Origin: an uncultured archaeon
GTDB taxonomy: Archaea > Thermoplasmatota > Thermoplasmata > Thermoplasmatales > Thermoplasmataceae
Assembly (NCBI GenBank): GCA_000965745.1
Contig: CP009479.1
Span: forward strand, 512,001 to 576,000
DNA: 64,000 nt
Direction: 5' to 3'
Shown here one piece after another: positions 19,598-29,292 of the stretch. Numbering within the stretch: position 1 is the first letter of the stretch; the number at the start of each line of letters is the position of its first letter. Both the position numbers and the translations under genes were made by a program. The notes under the pieces were generated by a model. That model searched no databases. It saw only the letters and a program-made list of their open reading frames with translations, and had not been told where the DNA came from.

Positions 19598-19815
19598 GGA
19601 AATCTGCCTTCAAGGAGACCCGGTTGAATTTGGAAACGGGTTGATCCATACGGCTTGCCCGCGTATGGCAGTGTTGGAACTATGCCCCGGGGCAGTACCT
19701 CCTTCCGATGCCTCGAAGTCTCCTCCCTAATGCCCTGGGCCATAGCTTCCGGCAGGCTGTATGGAATAGGTTATTGAAAGGAAACTTTCCACTGCCAGAG
19801 GCTCTTCCTCTCCTC
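19598..19815 (+). ncRNA. Candidate structured non-coding RNA (~215 nt), family unknown
   Basis: Nested stems 19598-602/19786-790, 19607-613/19774-781, 19645-659/19751-765 (15 bp, 2 G-U), 19676-684/19741-750, 19686-694/19731-739 (1 G-U); bulge 19666-673 complementary to 19790-797; GC-richer than flanks; no credible ORF. Confidence 0.7.
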
Positions 19816-19880
19816 ATGCCATAAAATTATGGGTATGGTACCAAAAAGAATTATTAGGCGTACGGAGTTAGGATGTTGTA

Positions 19881-22301
19881 ATGCAGATTCAGATGAGGAT
19901 AATTACTGCGTCATACAGAAGAGAGGACGTAGTTGTGGAGCTTTACGGCAAGACCAGGGATGGAGAGTCTGTCACAGCCCTTTACTACGGATTCAAGCCA
20001 TATTTTGACGTTGTTGAGCCTGATGAGCTTTACATAAATTCAATCAAGCAGCATCCCGAATTCATCAGGATGGAGGAGAAGATACTCTGGGACGAAGGAT
20101 CCGACAAGAGGGTAGTCAGAATATACATCAAATACCCGTGGAAAGTTCCGGAATTCAGAAAGGATTGCCAGTTCAGGGTCCTCGCCGCAGATATTCCTTT
20201 TCATCACAGGTTCATCTATGATTTTGATCTCGGTTCATGCGTGGAGATGGAATGCGAGCCTGCAGATGAAGAGAAGGGGAAGTATACAACAGACATCGTT
20301 GTGAGAATGAAGAGCGCAGGGACCGTTGAGGCCTTCAATCCAGTCCTGAAAATTCTAAGTTTCGACATAGAAAATGCCATTGTGTTTGATGGCTCAGAAG
20401 ACTATGGCAGGCTCCTGATGATAGGGTACTCCATAGCAAAGGGGGAGGAAAACAAAAAGGGGAGCATCTATGGAGATGAAGAGAGGATAATAAGGGAATT
20501 CATCGAACTGGTACACGAAGAAGACCCCGACGTAATAACCGGATACAACATAGACGGCTATGATCTTCCCGTCCTGGAGTACAGGGCCAAGAAGTACAGG
20601 ATACCACTCAGGATAGGAAGAGATTACAGTCCACCCACGAGGATAATGGGGCAGTTCTGGAGGCTGCATGGGAGAATAGTTAACGACACATGGTGGAGCG
20701 TGAAGAGAGTTCTCCATCCAAAACATGAAACTCTCAATTATGTCGCAAAAATGCTTCTTGGAGAAGGGAAAGACAACATCAACAGGCTCAAGATAGAGGA
20801 GGAGTGGGAGAACAGGAGAGACGACGTCATAAAGTACTGCATCAAGGATGCTGACCTGACCCTTCAGATATACAGGAAGATTAGGATTCTAGACAGGAAC
20901 ATGGATATGTCCACCGTCACGAAGCTCCCACTTGATGATGTTACAAATGGAGGGACCAGCAACTATGTTGACTCCATACTGATAAGGCGCGCCGACAGGG
21001 AAAACATAGGAGTGCCAATGACAACCAGGTCGATGAAGCAGGATGTCATCGAGGGGGGTTATGTCCATTCCGTAGAGCCTGGCCTTTATGATTTTGTCAT
21101 AGTGCTCGACTTCAAGAGCATGTACCCTTCGATGATCATGAAGCACAACATCTGCTTCACCACCCTTAACGAGAAAGGGGCAATCGTGTCCCCGACCGGC
21201 ATAAGATTCCTGGAGAAAAGTGAGAGAGAGGGCCTGATCCCGAGAATTCTCAAAGACCTCATGGACGAACGTGACCAGGTAAAGAAGAAAATGAAGAATG
21301 CCAGGGACGATGAAGAGAGGGATTACTATGACGGTGTCCAGGGAGCGTTGAAGATCCTTATGAATACATTCTACGGGGTCCTTGCCTCGTACTTCTACAG
21401 GTTCACTAATGTACAGATTGGAAGTGCCATAACAGCCTTTGCCAGAACTACCATCAAGGATGTCATTTCAAAACTTGAAAATGAGAGTTTCAATGTGATA
21501 TACGGGGATACCGACAGTGTCTTCATAGAGTCCGGCCAGACCACCGAGGAAGATACCATAAAGATGGGGCATGATCTCAGTGAGAGGCTTTCTGCGGAAG
21601 AGAGCATATCCCTCGAGTTCGAGAAAGTACTGAACCCGTTCTTCTCCAGCGGCGCCAAGAAAAGGTACATCGGGAGGATTATATACCCTGATGATCAGAA
21701 AGGGGAGACTCTCGTAAGAGGCTATGAAGTCAGAAGAACAGACTCCTTTGACCTGCAGAGTGAGACTCTTTCAAGACTCTTCGAGTATGTGCTGGACCGG
21801 GATGTGGAAGGGGCGGTCAAGTATTCAAGGGACATGGTCGAAAGGGTGAGGAAGGGAGATGAATCCATACCCATTGAAAAGCTCGTTATCTCAAGAAGCG
21901 TAAAGAAATTCGGGGACTACAAGGATGGAAAATCACTCGCGAACGTAAGGGTAGCCCAGAAGCTCATAGAAAGAGGTGAAACATTCATCCCCGGAATGAA
22001 GGTCTCATGGATAGTGGTAGACCACAAGAAGAACCCCCAGGTCGTGGAGCCCTTCATTGACGGGAGCACCTTTGAATTCAAGCCTGACTGGGAATACTAT
22101 GCCAGAAGGGTGGAGGAAACACTGAACCGTGTCCTCGAAGCATTCAAGGAAGAGATAAACATTTCACAGAAAGATCCCGGGCAGCAGACCCTTACTGGAA
22201 TGTCAGATGAAGAACTGCCTTCAGTGCCTAGCAGCAACTCTGCTCAGAACAATGAGAAAAAAGAGAGGAAAACAGGGAACATCACCCTGGACAGTTTCTG
22301 A
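19881..22301 (+). CDS. polB: Family B DNA polymerase with 3'-5' exonuclease, no intein
   Basis: SFDIE, GYNIDGYD, YCIKDA, DFKSMYPS, KILMNTFYG, YGDTDS, KKRY. Confidence 0.97.
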   Translation: MQIQMRIITASYRREDVVVELYGKTRDGESVTALYYGFKPYFDVVEPDELYINSIKQHPEFIRMEEKILWDEGSDKRVVRIYIKYPWKVPEFRKDCQFRVLAADIPFHHRFIYDFDLGSCVEMECEPADEEKGKYTTDIVVRMKSAGTVEAFNPVLKILSFDIENAIVFDGSEDYGRLLMIGYSIAKGEENKKGSIYGDEERIIREFIELVHEEDPDVITGYNIDGYDLPVLEYRAKKYRIPLRIGRDYSPPTRIMGQFWRLHGRIVNDTWWSVKRVLHPKHETLNYVAKMLLGEGKDNINRLKIEEEWENRRDDVIKYCIKDADLTLQIYRKIRILDRNMDMSTVTKLPLDDVTNGGTSNYVDSILIRRADRENIGVPMTTRSMKQDVIEGGYVHSVEPGLYDFVIVLDFKSMYPSMIMKHNICFTTLNEKGAIVSPTGIRFLEKSEREGLIPRILKDLMDERDQVKKKMKNARDDEERDYYDGVQGALKILMNTFYGVLASYFYRFTNVQIGSAITAFARTTIKDVISKLENESFNVIYGDTDSVFIESGQTTEEDTIKMGHDLSERLSAEESISLEFEKVLNPFFSSGAKKRYIGRIIYPDDQKGETLVRGYEVRRTDSFDLQSETLSRLFEYVLDRDVEGAVKYSRDMVERVRKGDESIPIEKLVISRSVKKFGDYKDGKSLANVRVAQKLIERGETFIPGMKVSWIVVDHKKNPQVVEPFIDGSTFEFKPDWEYYARRVEETLNRVLEAFKEEINISQKDPGQQTLTGMSDEELPSVPSSNSAQNNEKKERKTGNITLDSF

Positions 22302-22321
22302 CCAGTAGAATCAACGGGAGT

Positions 22322-23810
22322 TTACAGGGAGAATTCCCCGATTGCCTCCAGTTTGTGCTTGTACTTTACAAAGGTGACAACAAGCGCAACGCATATCACT
22401 GCTATCCACACCAGAGATCCGTAAACCCCGTAGATATACGGTGCTTCAAGGTTCAGGTACACTGCTACAACTATCGCGAACAGAAGCGTTATTGTAGATA
22501 TTGAAGGAATAACGAGATGCTTTATGTAGGATATCTTCAGCCTGTTTTTTCTCATGTAAACGAAGAGTGAAGTGTTTGTCAGTATGTGTACCAGGTACAT
22601 AATCGGGCTTTCAAGGATGAGCAGGAACACTGACCCGTACAGGAGTGCCTGATCAAGGTTCCCGGGATAAAAGTACATGAAGACGAATCCGGTTGCCAGG
22701 ACTATCACCGCTGAAATGGATCCAACGACTGCTATGGCCACGGTTGGAGTGCCGTTTTTGGCCCTTGTTTTAGAAAGTGCAGGCGGGAGCACATTTTCCC
22801 TTGAAAGGGAGAAAAGAACCCTAGTTGCATTTGTCCCGAGAGAAACTGTTGCTGTGAAGAAGGAGTTTGAGACTATGATCAGCAAGAGTCCGTAGAAGAC
22901 TATGCTCAAGAATCCGAAATCGTGCCTGTATATCTGCATAACCGGATACACAACTGTTGTTCCGAAGGTACCCATGTTTGCCGCTCCCCATACGATGACC
23001 TGTGCATAGGAGGATACGATGATAGTGATCCCAAGTATAGCCACTGTAGCAAGAATCGCCCTTGGAACGTTCCTCTTCGGGTCTCTTGTTTCCTCCGCTA
23101 TGGGTATTGACCCCCCTATTCCCACAAAGGTTCCAATCGCATACACCATCATTGTTGCAAGTATGAGCGGATTGTTTCCCACGGGAGCCGCAGTAAACGG
23201 TGCGGGTGTAAGGGAGGAGTAGTTCTTTGCCAGGAGATAAATGGAGGTCGTGAGGAAAAATACCACTTCGATCACTATGATGTAGGACACGATTTTCATC
23301 GAAGGCCTGATGCCTGCATAAATGAGGAAGGACACAAGGCCTATCATGCCAGCTGTAATGAAAACCCAGAGAAGGGCAGGATCAGGGATGGATATCCCCA
23401 GGGAAGGAAAAATTCCGTATATGAACCCTAGGAAACCCAGGAGCCCGAAGCCAGTGAAACTAAGAACCTGATAACTCAGGTACGACAGTGCCGTTACGAA
23501 CCCTGCATATTTCCCCAGCCCCCGGGTTACAAAGGTGTAGTACCCCCCCTGAACTGGACAGGTATCGGGAGAATTCGTACATTGAGAACGTCATCATGGC
23601 ATATACAGCAAGGGAAAGTACCAGGATCAGAGGGATGGAAAATGCACCCTGCGGATACTGGGAAAAAGTAAAAGTCATCAGAGCAGCGGTTCCTATCACA
23701 TAGAGAACAATTGTTCCTCCAGGCGCATTGAGGGCAACCGCCTGCGAAACTGCATGCCGTAATCCAAGCTGGCCAACATTCAGACGTTTGAACCGACGAG
23801 GAGCTTCCAT
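22322..23810 (-). pseudogene. APC-family amino acid permease split by a +1 frameshift in a G7 run
   Basis: MEAPRR... start at 23810; removing one G from the run at 23543-23549 joins ...SSSGG-YYTFVTRGLGKYAGF... in frame to ORF 22322-23347. Confidence 0.85.
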
Positions 23811-23969
23811 TTTTTTCAGGAATAATGGTGCATATATAAAACTGTGTTTGCAAGGGAGGTAGTGTTTTACCTGTTTGTCATACAATTTGCCCCTGTTGTG
23901 CTCGAACCTCCTGCATCATTTAGCCGGCGCAACAAAAGTATTTTATTGCGAGAATATGTATAAATTTCA

Positions 23970-26444
23970 ATGAAGGTAAGGTGGCTTATAATTGTAGTAG
24001 TAGCGATTGTTGTCCTGTCTTACTTCACTCAAAGTTATAATTTCTTGAATCCCCGAGAAGGTGTCTGGTCAGTTGCCGGGAATACTAACTACACTTCGGG
24101 CAGTTATTCAGTTCCGGGCCTTGTGCAGCCGGTAAATGTCACGATAGACCAGTCTGGGGTTGCACACATTTCCGCACAGAATCTGCATGACCTGTTTCTG
24201 GCACAGGGATATTACTCAGCCAGCAACAGGCTGTTTCAGATGGAGCTTCAAGGCCTGCTTGCTACCGGAAACCTCAGCAAATACATAGGACAGAGCGGTT
24301 TAGGGTCAGACATGGCGATCAAGCTAATCGGGCTGCCGGAAAATGCCGTCAAGCTTCAGCACGCCTACGAAAGCCAGTACCCGACATACTATTCTTACCT
24401 GCAGGATTATGCATCAGGCGTGGATGCATACATCAACCACACAGGAAATGCAGTCCCCCTGGAGTTTAAGCTTCTTGGAATAAAGCCGTACCAGTGGACG
24501 GTTTATGACACACTCGCCTGGCAGCAGTACATGGCCTGGTCACTGACCACGGGAGCAATGGAGCCCTTGCAGTCGGCACTCCTTTACAGTGCATTCGGTT
24601 TCAGCAACACTACTCAGATATGGCCCTATTATCCATACTATACCGAAAATGTGACTGTGGTGCCTGGTGACGGTACTGTGAACGGGTTTAACCTCTCCCA
24701 GCAGGGCATATCCCCATCATATCTATGGTCACTCAACTGGTATCAACAGTGGGCGACAGGAGTTAACGATACCTTGCTTAAGAGCCTGAATGGCCTTATA
24801 AAGGCAGCGATAAGCAATATATCAGATCCCTACAATTTCCCCGGAGCACATGGAATAGGTTCAGCGGTTGGAAGCAACAGCTGGGAGGTAACATCCGGAT
24901 ACGCAAAGAATGGTTTTCCGATACTTGCAAATGATCCTCACCTGCCACTGTCTGTGCCTTCTCTCTGGATTCCAATGCAGCTGTCTGCAGGGCCGGTGAA
25001 TGTGACGGGATGGGACCTTGCCGGAGTCCCGGGAATACTGATTGGGCATACTCCAAAAACAGCCTGGGGTCTTACCACACCGGAGGGTAATTCGGCCAAT
25101 GACTATCTGGAGATGCTCAATGGCACAAATTACCTTTTCAACGGTTCCTGGCACAGAATGGCCGTCTACAACTACACTCTTCTTGGAGCGCAGCACAGCA
25201 TCTATTACACAAACAACGGTCCCATTATAGCAAGAGAAGGAAATTATGGAATCAGCCTCAGATGGACCGCGTCAACTCCTTCCTTTGACCTGATAACTGA
25301 GATCATGCTTGATCAGTCTGCCAACTACTCCGATATGGTGAACGCCCTCAAGCACTGGGGATCCCCTCCGCAGAATTTTGCAATGGTTTCGGACGCCTCT
25401 GCTGGAACGCTCACAGCCGGGATATATCCCCTGATAAAGGAGACACTGCCGGACAACCAGACCTTGTCAGTTGTTGGTTCGAGGACGCTCCTAAACGGGA
25501 CCCTCCCGGCATATGAGCCAGCAGGAAACGTTCAATTTGATCACCTGCCGCAGGCAAAGAACCCTGCTAGGGGGTATATGCTTGCGCCAAACCAGCCAAC
25601 GGCGTGGAAGAATTACCCGGACCCGTTCGTGGGAGGGTTCTGGGCATCTGGCGGGAGAGCACAGACAATTTACCACTTTCTCAGGGCAAACCCAAACATG
25701 ACTGTCCAGAAGATGATGAACCTGCAGTCTAATGTCTCAGATTACTGGGCTACTCAACTTACTCCGATGCTGCTGAATGCCCTCAAGGGCGTGGGCATGA
25801 ATTCCACTGAACAGTCGGCATACACATACCTCTCAGACTGGAACTACACCACTTACCAGAGCCAGATCGGGATAACCGTGTACTGGTATCTCGTATCCTC
25901 AATATACAACAACACCTTTGACAGGATATACAAGGAAAACGGGGTGTCAGGAGAGCCACTCCCGTTCGTGAGTTCGCTCATTCATCTGGCAAGGACCGAG
26001 CCAAACTCAACCTGGCTGAACGGGAACTTCACCCAGCTTGTGCGCAGTTCGTTTGAGCAGGAAGTGTCGCTCCTCTCAGATAAACTTGGATCTACATCAA
26101 ACTGGCAATGGGGCAATGTCCACAAGCTTGTCATATCGAGCCAGACCGGGCTCTCATCCCTTTCAATAGGCCCACTGCCAATATGGGGTGACAGCCATAC
26201 AGTGAGTGTGGGTTCCGTTCCCCTTTCCATGGAGGTGCCAGAGCCCAATGTTGCGGTTGGGTCATCTCTCAGGCAGATCTCCTCGCCAGGGCAATCCACC
26301 TTCTACGGGGTGTTTCCGGGCGGGCCGAGCGGCAATGTGATAAGTTACTATTATTCAAACCAGCTCAGTGACTGGCTGTCACATTCCTACTATAACATGA
26401 ATGACCAGAAGACGGAGGTGAAAATCAGATATGTGGCTGCGTAG
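23970..26444 (+). CDS. Secreted penicillin acylase family protein (Ntn hydrolase, S45)
   Basis: N-terminal TM, DQSGVAHI, AQGY..A.NRLFQM, nucleophile GSNSW, LANDPHL, NNGP, PGGPSG. Confidence 0.93.
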   Translation: MKVRWLIIVVVAIVVLSYFTQSYNFLNPREGVWSVAGNTNYTSGSYSVPGLVQPVNVTIDQSGVAHISAQNLHDLFLAQGYYSASNRLFQMELQGLLATGNLSKYIGQSGLGSDMAIKLIGLPENAVKLQHAYESQYPTYYSYLQDYASGVDAYINHTGNAVPLEFKLLGIKPYQWTVYDTLAWQQYMAWSLTTGAMEPLQSALLYSAFGFSNTTQIWPYYPYYTENVTVVPGDGTVNGFNLSQQGISPSYLWSLNWYQQWATGVNDTLLKSLNGLIKAAISNISDPYNFPGAHGIGSAVGSNSWEVTSGYAKNGFPILANDPHLPLSVPSLWIPMQLSAGPVNVTGWDLAGVPGILIGHTPKTAWGLTTPEGNSANDYLEMLNGTNYLFNGSWHRMAVYNYTLLGAQHSIYYTNNGPIIAREGNYGISLRWTASTPSFDLITEIMLDQSANYSDMVNALKHWGSPPQNFAMVSDASAGTLTAGIYPLIKETLPDNQTLSVVGSRTLLNGTLPAYEPAGNVQFDHLPQAKNPARGYMLAPNQPTAWKNYPDPFVGGFWASGGRAQTIYHFLRANPNMTVQKMMNLQSNVSDYWATQLTPMLLNALKGVGMNSTEQSAYTYLSDWNYTTYQSQIGITVYWYLVSSIYNNTFDRIYKENGVSGEPLPFVSSLIHLARTEPNSTWLNGNFTQLVRSSFEQEVSLLSDKLGSTSNWQWGNVHKLVISSQTGLSSLSIGPLPIWGDSHTVSVGSVPLSMEVPEPNVAVGSSLRQISSPGQSTFYGVFPGGPSGNVISYYYSNQLSDWLSHSYYNMNDQKTEVKIRYVAA

Positions 26445-26790
26445 ACTTGGATCCATTGGCCTCTCGATTGTCCTCTCCTATGTCGCACTTCTGACGATAC
26501 CGTACCTCTGGATGGCAGTTCCGGCAGCCCTGCCGTTCCTTGCACTCAAGAGCTGGAAGAACGCGTTTACCGGGTTTGGAATAGGAGCGCTTTCAGCGGC
26601 ATCAGTATACCTGTTCTACCCGCTTGGCCTTGTCTCAGAGCTTTCAAACATCCTCGGTTCAATTGCCGGGCAGCCCCCGATAATAGTGCTTGCACTGTAT
26701 CCCCTCATTTATGGCGTAATATTTGCACTTTCAGCGTTGCTTTGGTCTGGAGTTGACTATAAAACACTGAAGATAGGGGTTCCTAAGTGA
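26431..26790 (+). CDS. Small integral membrane protein
   Basis: 119 aa, ~4 TM; overlaps acylase stop. Confidence 0.75.
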   Translation: MWLRRLGSIGLSIVLSYVALLTIPYLWMAVPAALPFLALKSWKNAFTGFGIGALSAASVYLFYPLGLVSELSNILGSIAGQPPIIVLALYPLIYGVIFALSALLWSGVDYKTLKIGVPK

Positions 26791-26797
26791 TCAGGGT

Positions 26798-27319
26798 TCA
26801 GGATCTCCCGGCGTTCATGATCTCATCGAGCCTCTTTCGTGCAGCCTGATGGATCGGTATGTATCCTGTGCACCTGCAAATATGGCCGGTAAGCCCGTCT
26901 TTTATGTATTCGTCCAGGTCCCCCCCATGAATCGATTCCACAACTCTCGGGTCCTTCCTTACCTCTGATTCCATAGCTTTTACAGCCATTATGAAACCTG
27001 GAGTGCAGTATCCGCACTGGAAAGCCCATTCGTTCATGAATTCATACTGTATCCTGTCAAGTTCCTGCTCGCTTCCAAGACCGTCAATCGTTGTTACATC
27101 TTTTCCATCCGCATTCATGGCCGGGAACATGCAGGAGTAAACGTTTTCAGAATTCACCAACACCGTGCAGGCACCACATCCCTCAGCCTCACAGCCATGC
27201 TTTACCCCCCTCTTCTCCAGCTTTTCCCTGAGTATGTCCTGAAGTGTATCCCTGATGTCTGCCTGGACAGTCACCTTTTCGCCGTTTACCCTCATCGATA
27301 TTTCTCTCTTTTCAGACAT
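26798..27319 (-). CDS. Xanthine dehydrogenase family small [2Fe-2S] subunit
   Basis: GCEAEGCGAC, QCGYC, CRCTGY; GGAGGTG upstream of ATG 27319. Confidence 0.93.
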   Translation of the reverse strand: MSEKREISMRVNGEKVTVQADIRDTLQDILREKLEKRGVKHGCEAEGCGACTVLVNSENVYSCMFPAMNADGKDVTTIDGLGSEQELDRIQYEFMNEWAFQCGYCTPGFIMAVKAMESEVRKDPRVVESIHGGDLDEYIKDGLTGHICRCTGYIPIHQAARKRLDEIMNAGRS

Positions 27320-28184
27320 GTGCTGCAACACCTCCCGTGAGTTTTTTCACGCCTCTCCTGAGCATTGTCCCCACCATCCGTTTTCTGTAATCAGACGAAG
27401 ATTTGTGATCGGAATAGAATTCAAGACCAGTGCTATTCAAGATGGAGTCAAAACCCATATCCAGCAGCTCCTGGTCAATTTCATTTCCTCTCATGGCCCC
27501 TTCGACGTGCGGCAGCTTGATCGGCTCTGAATCCAGAGAGCCCCCTCCAACTGCCAAACTGATGTCCTCGATGAAATCGCCTTCAACCCTCATTGCAATG
27601 GCAAGGCTGACATCGCTGAACCCATGTTTTGTGTAGCTGAACTTCTGGTATGTAGTTCTGTTGAATTTTGTTGCCGGAGCTTCCACCGATTCTATTATGG
27701 AGCTTCTTGGAATCGCCGGGTCGAACATAGCATTGTATACATTTGACATCGCAATTTCCTTATCCCTGTAACCGTCTGTGACTGAGATTGATCCGTTCAA
27801 TGCCAGCAGGCACACTGAAAGATCAAATGCCGGGAATGCAGTGAATATCTGCCCTCCCATTGTACCCATGTGCCGCACTTCCTTGGGAATCGACTGAACC
27901 GCCTCGTCCAGCATCTGTATGCCAGTGATTCCTGCCCCCATGTCACTGAGCCTGGTTGTTGCACCAATCCTGATTTTTTCCCCGTCTTTTTCAACGAATG
28001 AAAGGTTGAGTTTTCCCAGATTGACCAGAGTGTCAACGTTGCTCATCATTCCTTTGTTCGAAAAAATATAGATTCCGGTCCCTCCGGCGATAGGCATTGA
28101 ATTTTCTTCTGAAGCCAGTATATCGCACGCTTCTCTCGTTGAAGGCGGAGCATGATATTTTTTTAGATCCAGCTTAAAGGGCAT
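27312..28184 (-). CDS. Xanthine dehydrogenase family FAD-binding (medium) subunit
   Basis: PIAGGT, IRIGATTRL, RHMGTMGG, DHKSSSDYR. Confidence 0.9.
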   Translation of the reverse strand: MPFKLDLKKYHAPPSTREACDILASEENSMPIAGGTGIYIFSNKGMMSNVDTLVNLGKLNLSFVEKDGEKIRIGATTRLSDMGAGITGIQMLDEAVQSIPKEVRHMGTMGGQIFTAFPAFDLSVCLLALNGSISVTDGYRDKEIAMSNVYNAMFDPAIPRSSIIESVEAPATKFNRTTYQKFSYTKHGFSDVSLAIAMRVEGDFIEDISLAVGGGSLDSEPIKLPHVEGAMRGNEIDQELLDMGFDSILNSTGLEFYSDHKSSSDYRKRMVGTMLRRGVKKLTGGVAAHV

Positions 28185-28332
28185 AAAACTATAGACGATT
28201 AGGTCGTTATTATTCTTTTCTGCTTCAATGTGACAAAACTGTTGCAGTTTAATCAGAGAATTTAATTACCGCTTTTTGTCTGGTATAAGCAAGAAGGCAA
28301 AAATCTTAGGATAATTTTGGCTGAATTTGCGA

Positions 28333-29124
28333 ATGAGGGGATATGGGTTGACAGGCAGGCTTAAGGGTAAAGTATCCGTCATAGCTGGGGGAAGCTCCGG
28401 GATAGGAAGAGCTATAGCCCTGGAATATGCCAAAGAGGGTGCTAGAGTGGTGATCGGAGACATAAGGGAGGAGCCCAGCGAAGGAGGTTTACCTACTGAA
28501 AATGAGATAAGGAGGATCAATGGAAGAGCCCTGTTTGTGCGCGCCGATGTTTCAAAAGAAGAATCTGTCAAAGAACTCGCTCGATCCGCAGTGAGGGAGT
28601 ATGGCGGGATTGATGTGCTTGTTAACAGTGCCGGTATCCCCATGAAGAAGAGTCTCGCTGAGACAACCGCTGAGGATTTCGACACGATGCATGGGGTTAC
28701 GGTCAGGGGGGCTTTTCTGGCCGCAAAACACTGCATGCCATACCTTCTGAAATCGGGAAATCCGAAAATAATCAACATAGCTTCCAACTTCTCCTTCACG
28801 GCCCTTCCCGGAATGAGTGCATATGCCTCTGCAAAAGCTGCGGTCATAGGCCTTACTAAGTCTCTTGCCCTTGAGTTTGGCCAGCAGGGTGTAAACGTCA
28901 ATGCAATATGCCCCGGTGCAACCAAAACGGAGATGTCAAGGCCATTCTGGGGAACGGATGAGGGACTGGATCTGCTCAGGGCAAGAACCCCTTTGAGAAA
29001 GGGCGAAAGATTCATCGCTTACCCTGATGATGTGGCAAAACTGGCTGTTTTCCTGGCCTCAGAAGACTCTGACATGATTACAGGCGAGAGTATCCTGATT
29101 GATTCTGGCTGGAATGTGCCATGA
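28333..29124 (+). CDS. Short-chain dehydrogenase/reductase (classical SDR)
   Basis: AGGSSGIG, NSAG, YASAK, NAICPG; exact start uncertain (ATG 28333 or TTG 28348). Confidence 0.92.
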   Translation: MRGYGLTGRLKGKVSVIAGGSSGIGRAIALEYAKEGARVVIGDIREEPSEGGLPTENEIRRINGRALFVRADVSKEESVKELARSAVREYGGIDVLVNSAGIPMKKSLAETTAEDFDTMHGVTVRGAFLAAKHCMPYLLKSGNPKIINIASNFSFTALPGMSAYASAKAAVIGLTKSLALEFGQQGVNVNAICPGATKTEMSRPFWGTDEGLDLLRARTPLRKGERFIAYPDDVAKLAVFLASEDSDMITGESILIDSGWNVP

Positions 29125-29292
29125 GGTAAAATGTCTAGCAGGCGACTTGTTAATTTCCCCTAGAGAATGCGAAGTTTCTATGCGGTCTCTCTTTGATTAT
29201 GCTATTTTAATGTGTAAGTTTTCATATAACCTTTAGCAAACATTTATAAGTCATCAGTTTACTACCATTATCTATTAGGAATAGGAGATAAA

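Noticed and set aside
19598-19815. Candidate RNA as RNase P, SRP RNA, or a ZTP/glycine/THF riboswitch for glyA
   Set aside because: No P4 (GAGGAAAGUC / GGCUUA) or SRP helix-8 signature; G-U pairs place the RNA on the strand opposite glyA; no aptamer consensus recognised
19680-19817. 45-codon minus-strand ORF (MRRGRASG...)
   Set aside because: Arg/Gly-rich composition typical of a shadow ORF; pairing evidence favours a + strand RNA
24796-26299. Long antisense/overlapping ORFs here and across the track (e.g. 7599-8249, 9872-10519, 17477-18151, 28266-29015)
   Set aside because: Shadows of well-supported genes on the other strand or frame; no motifs
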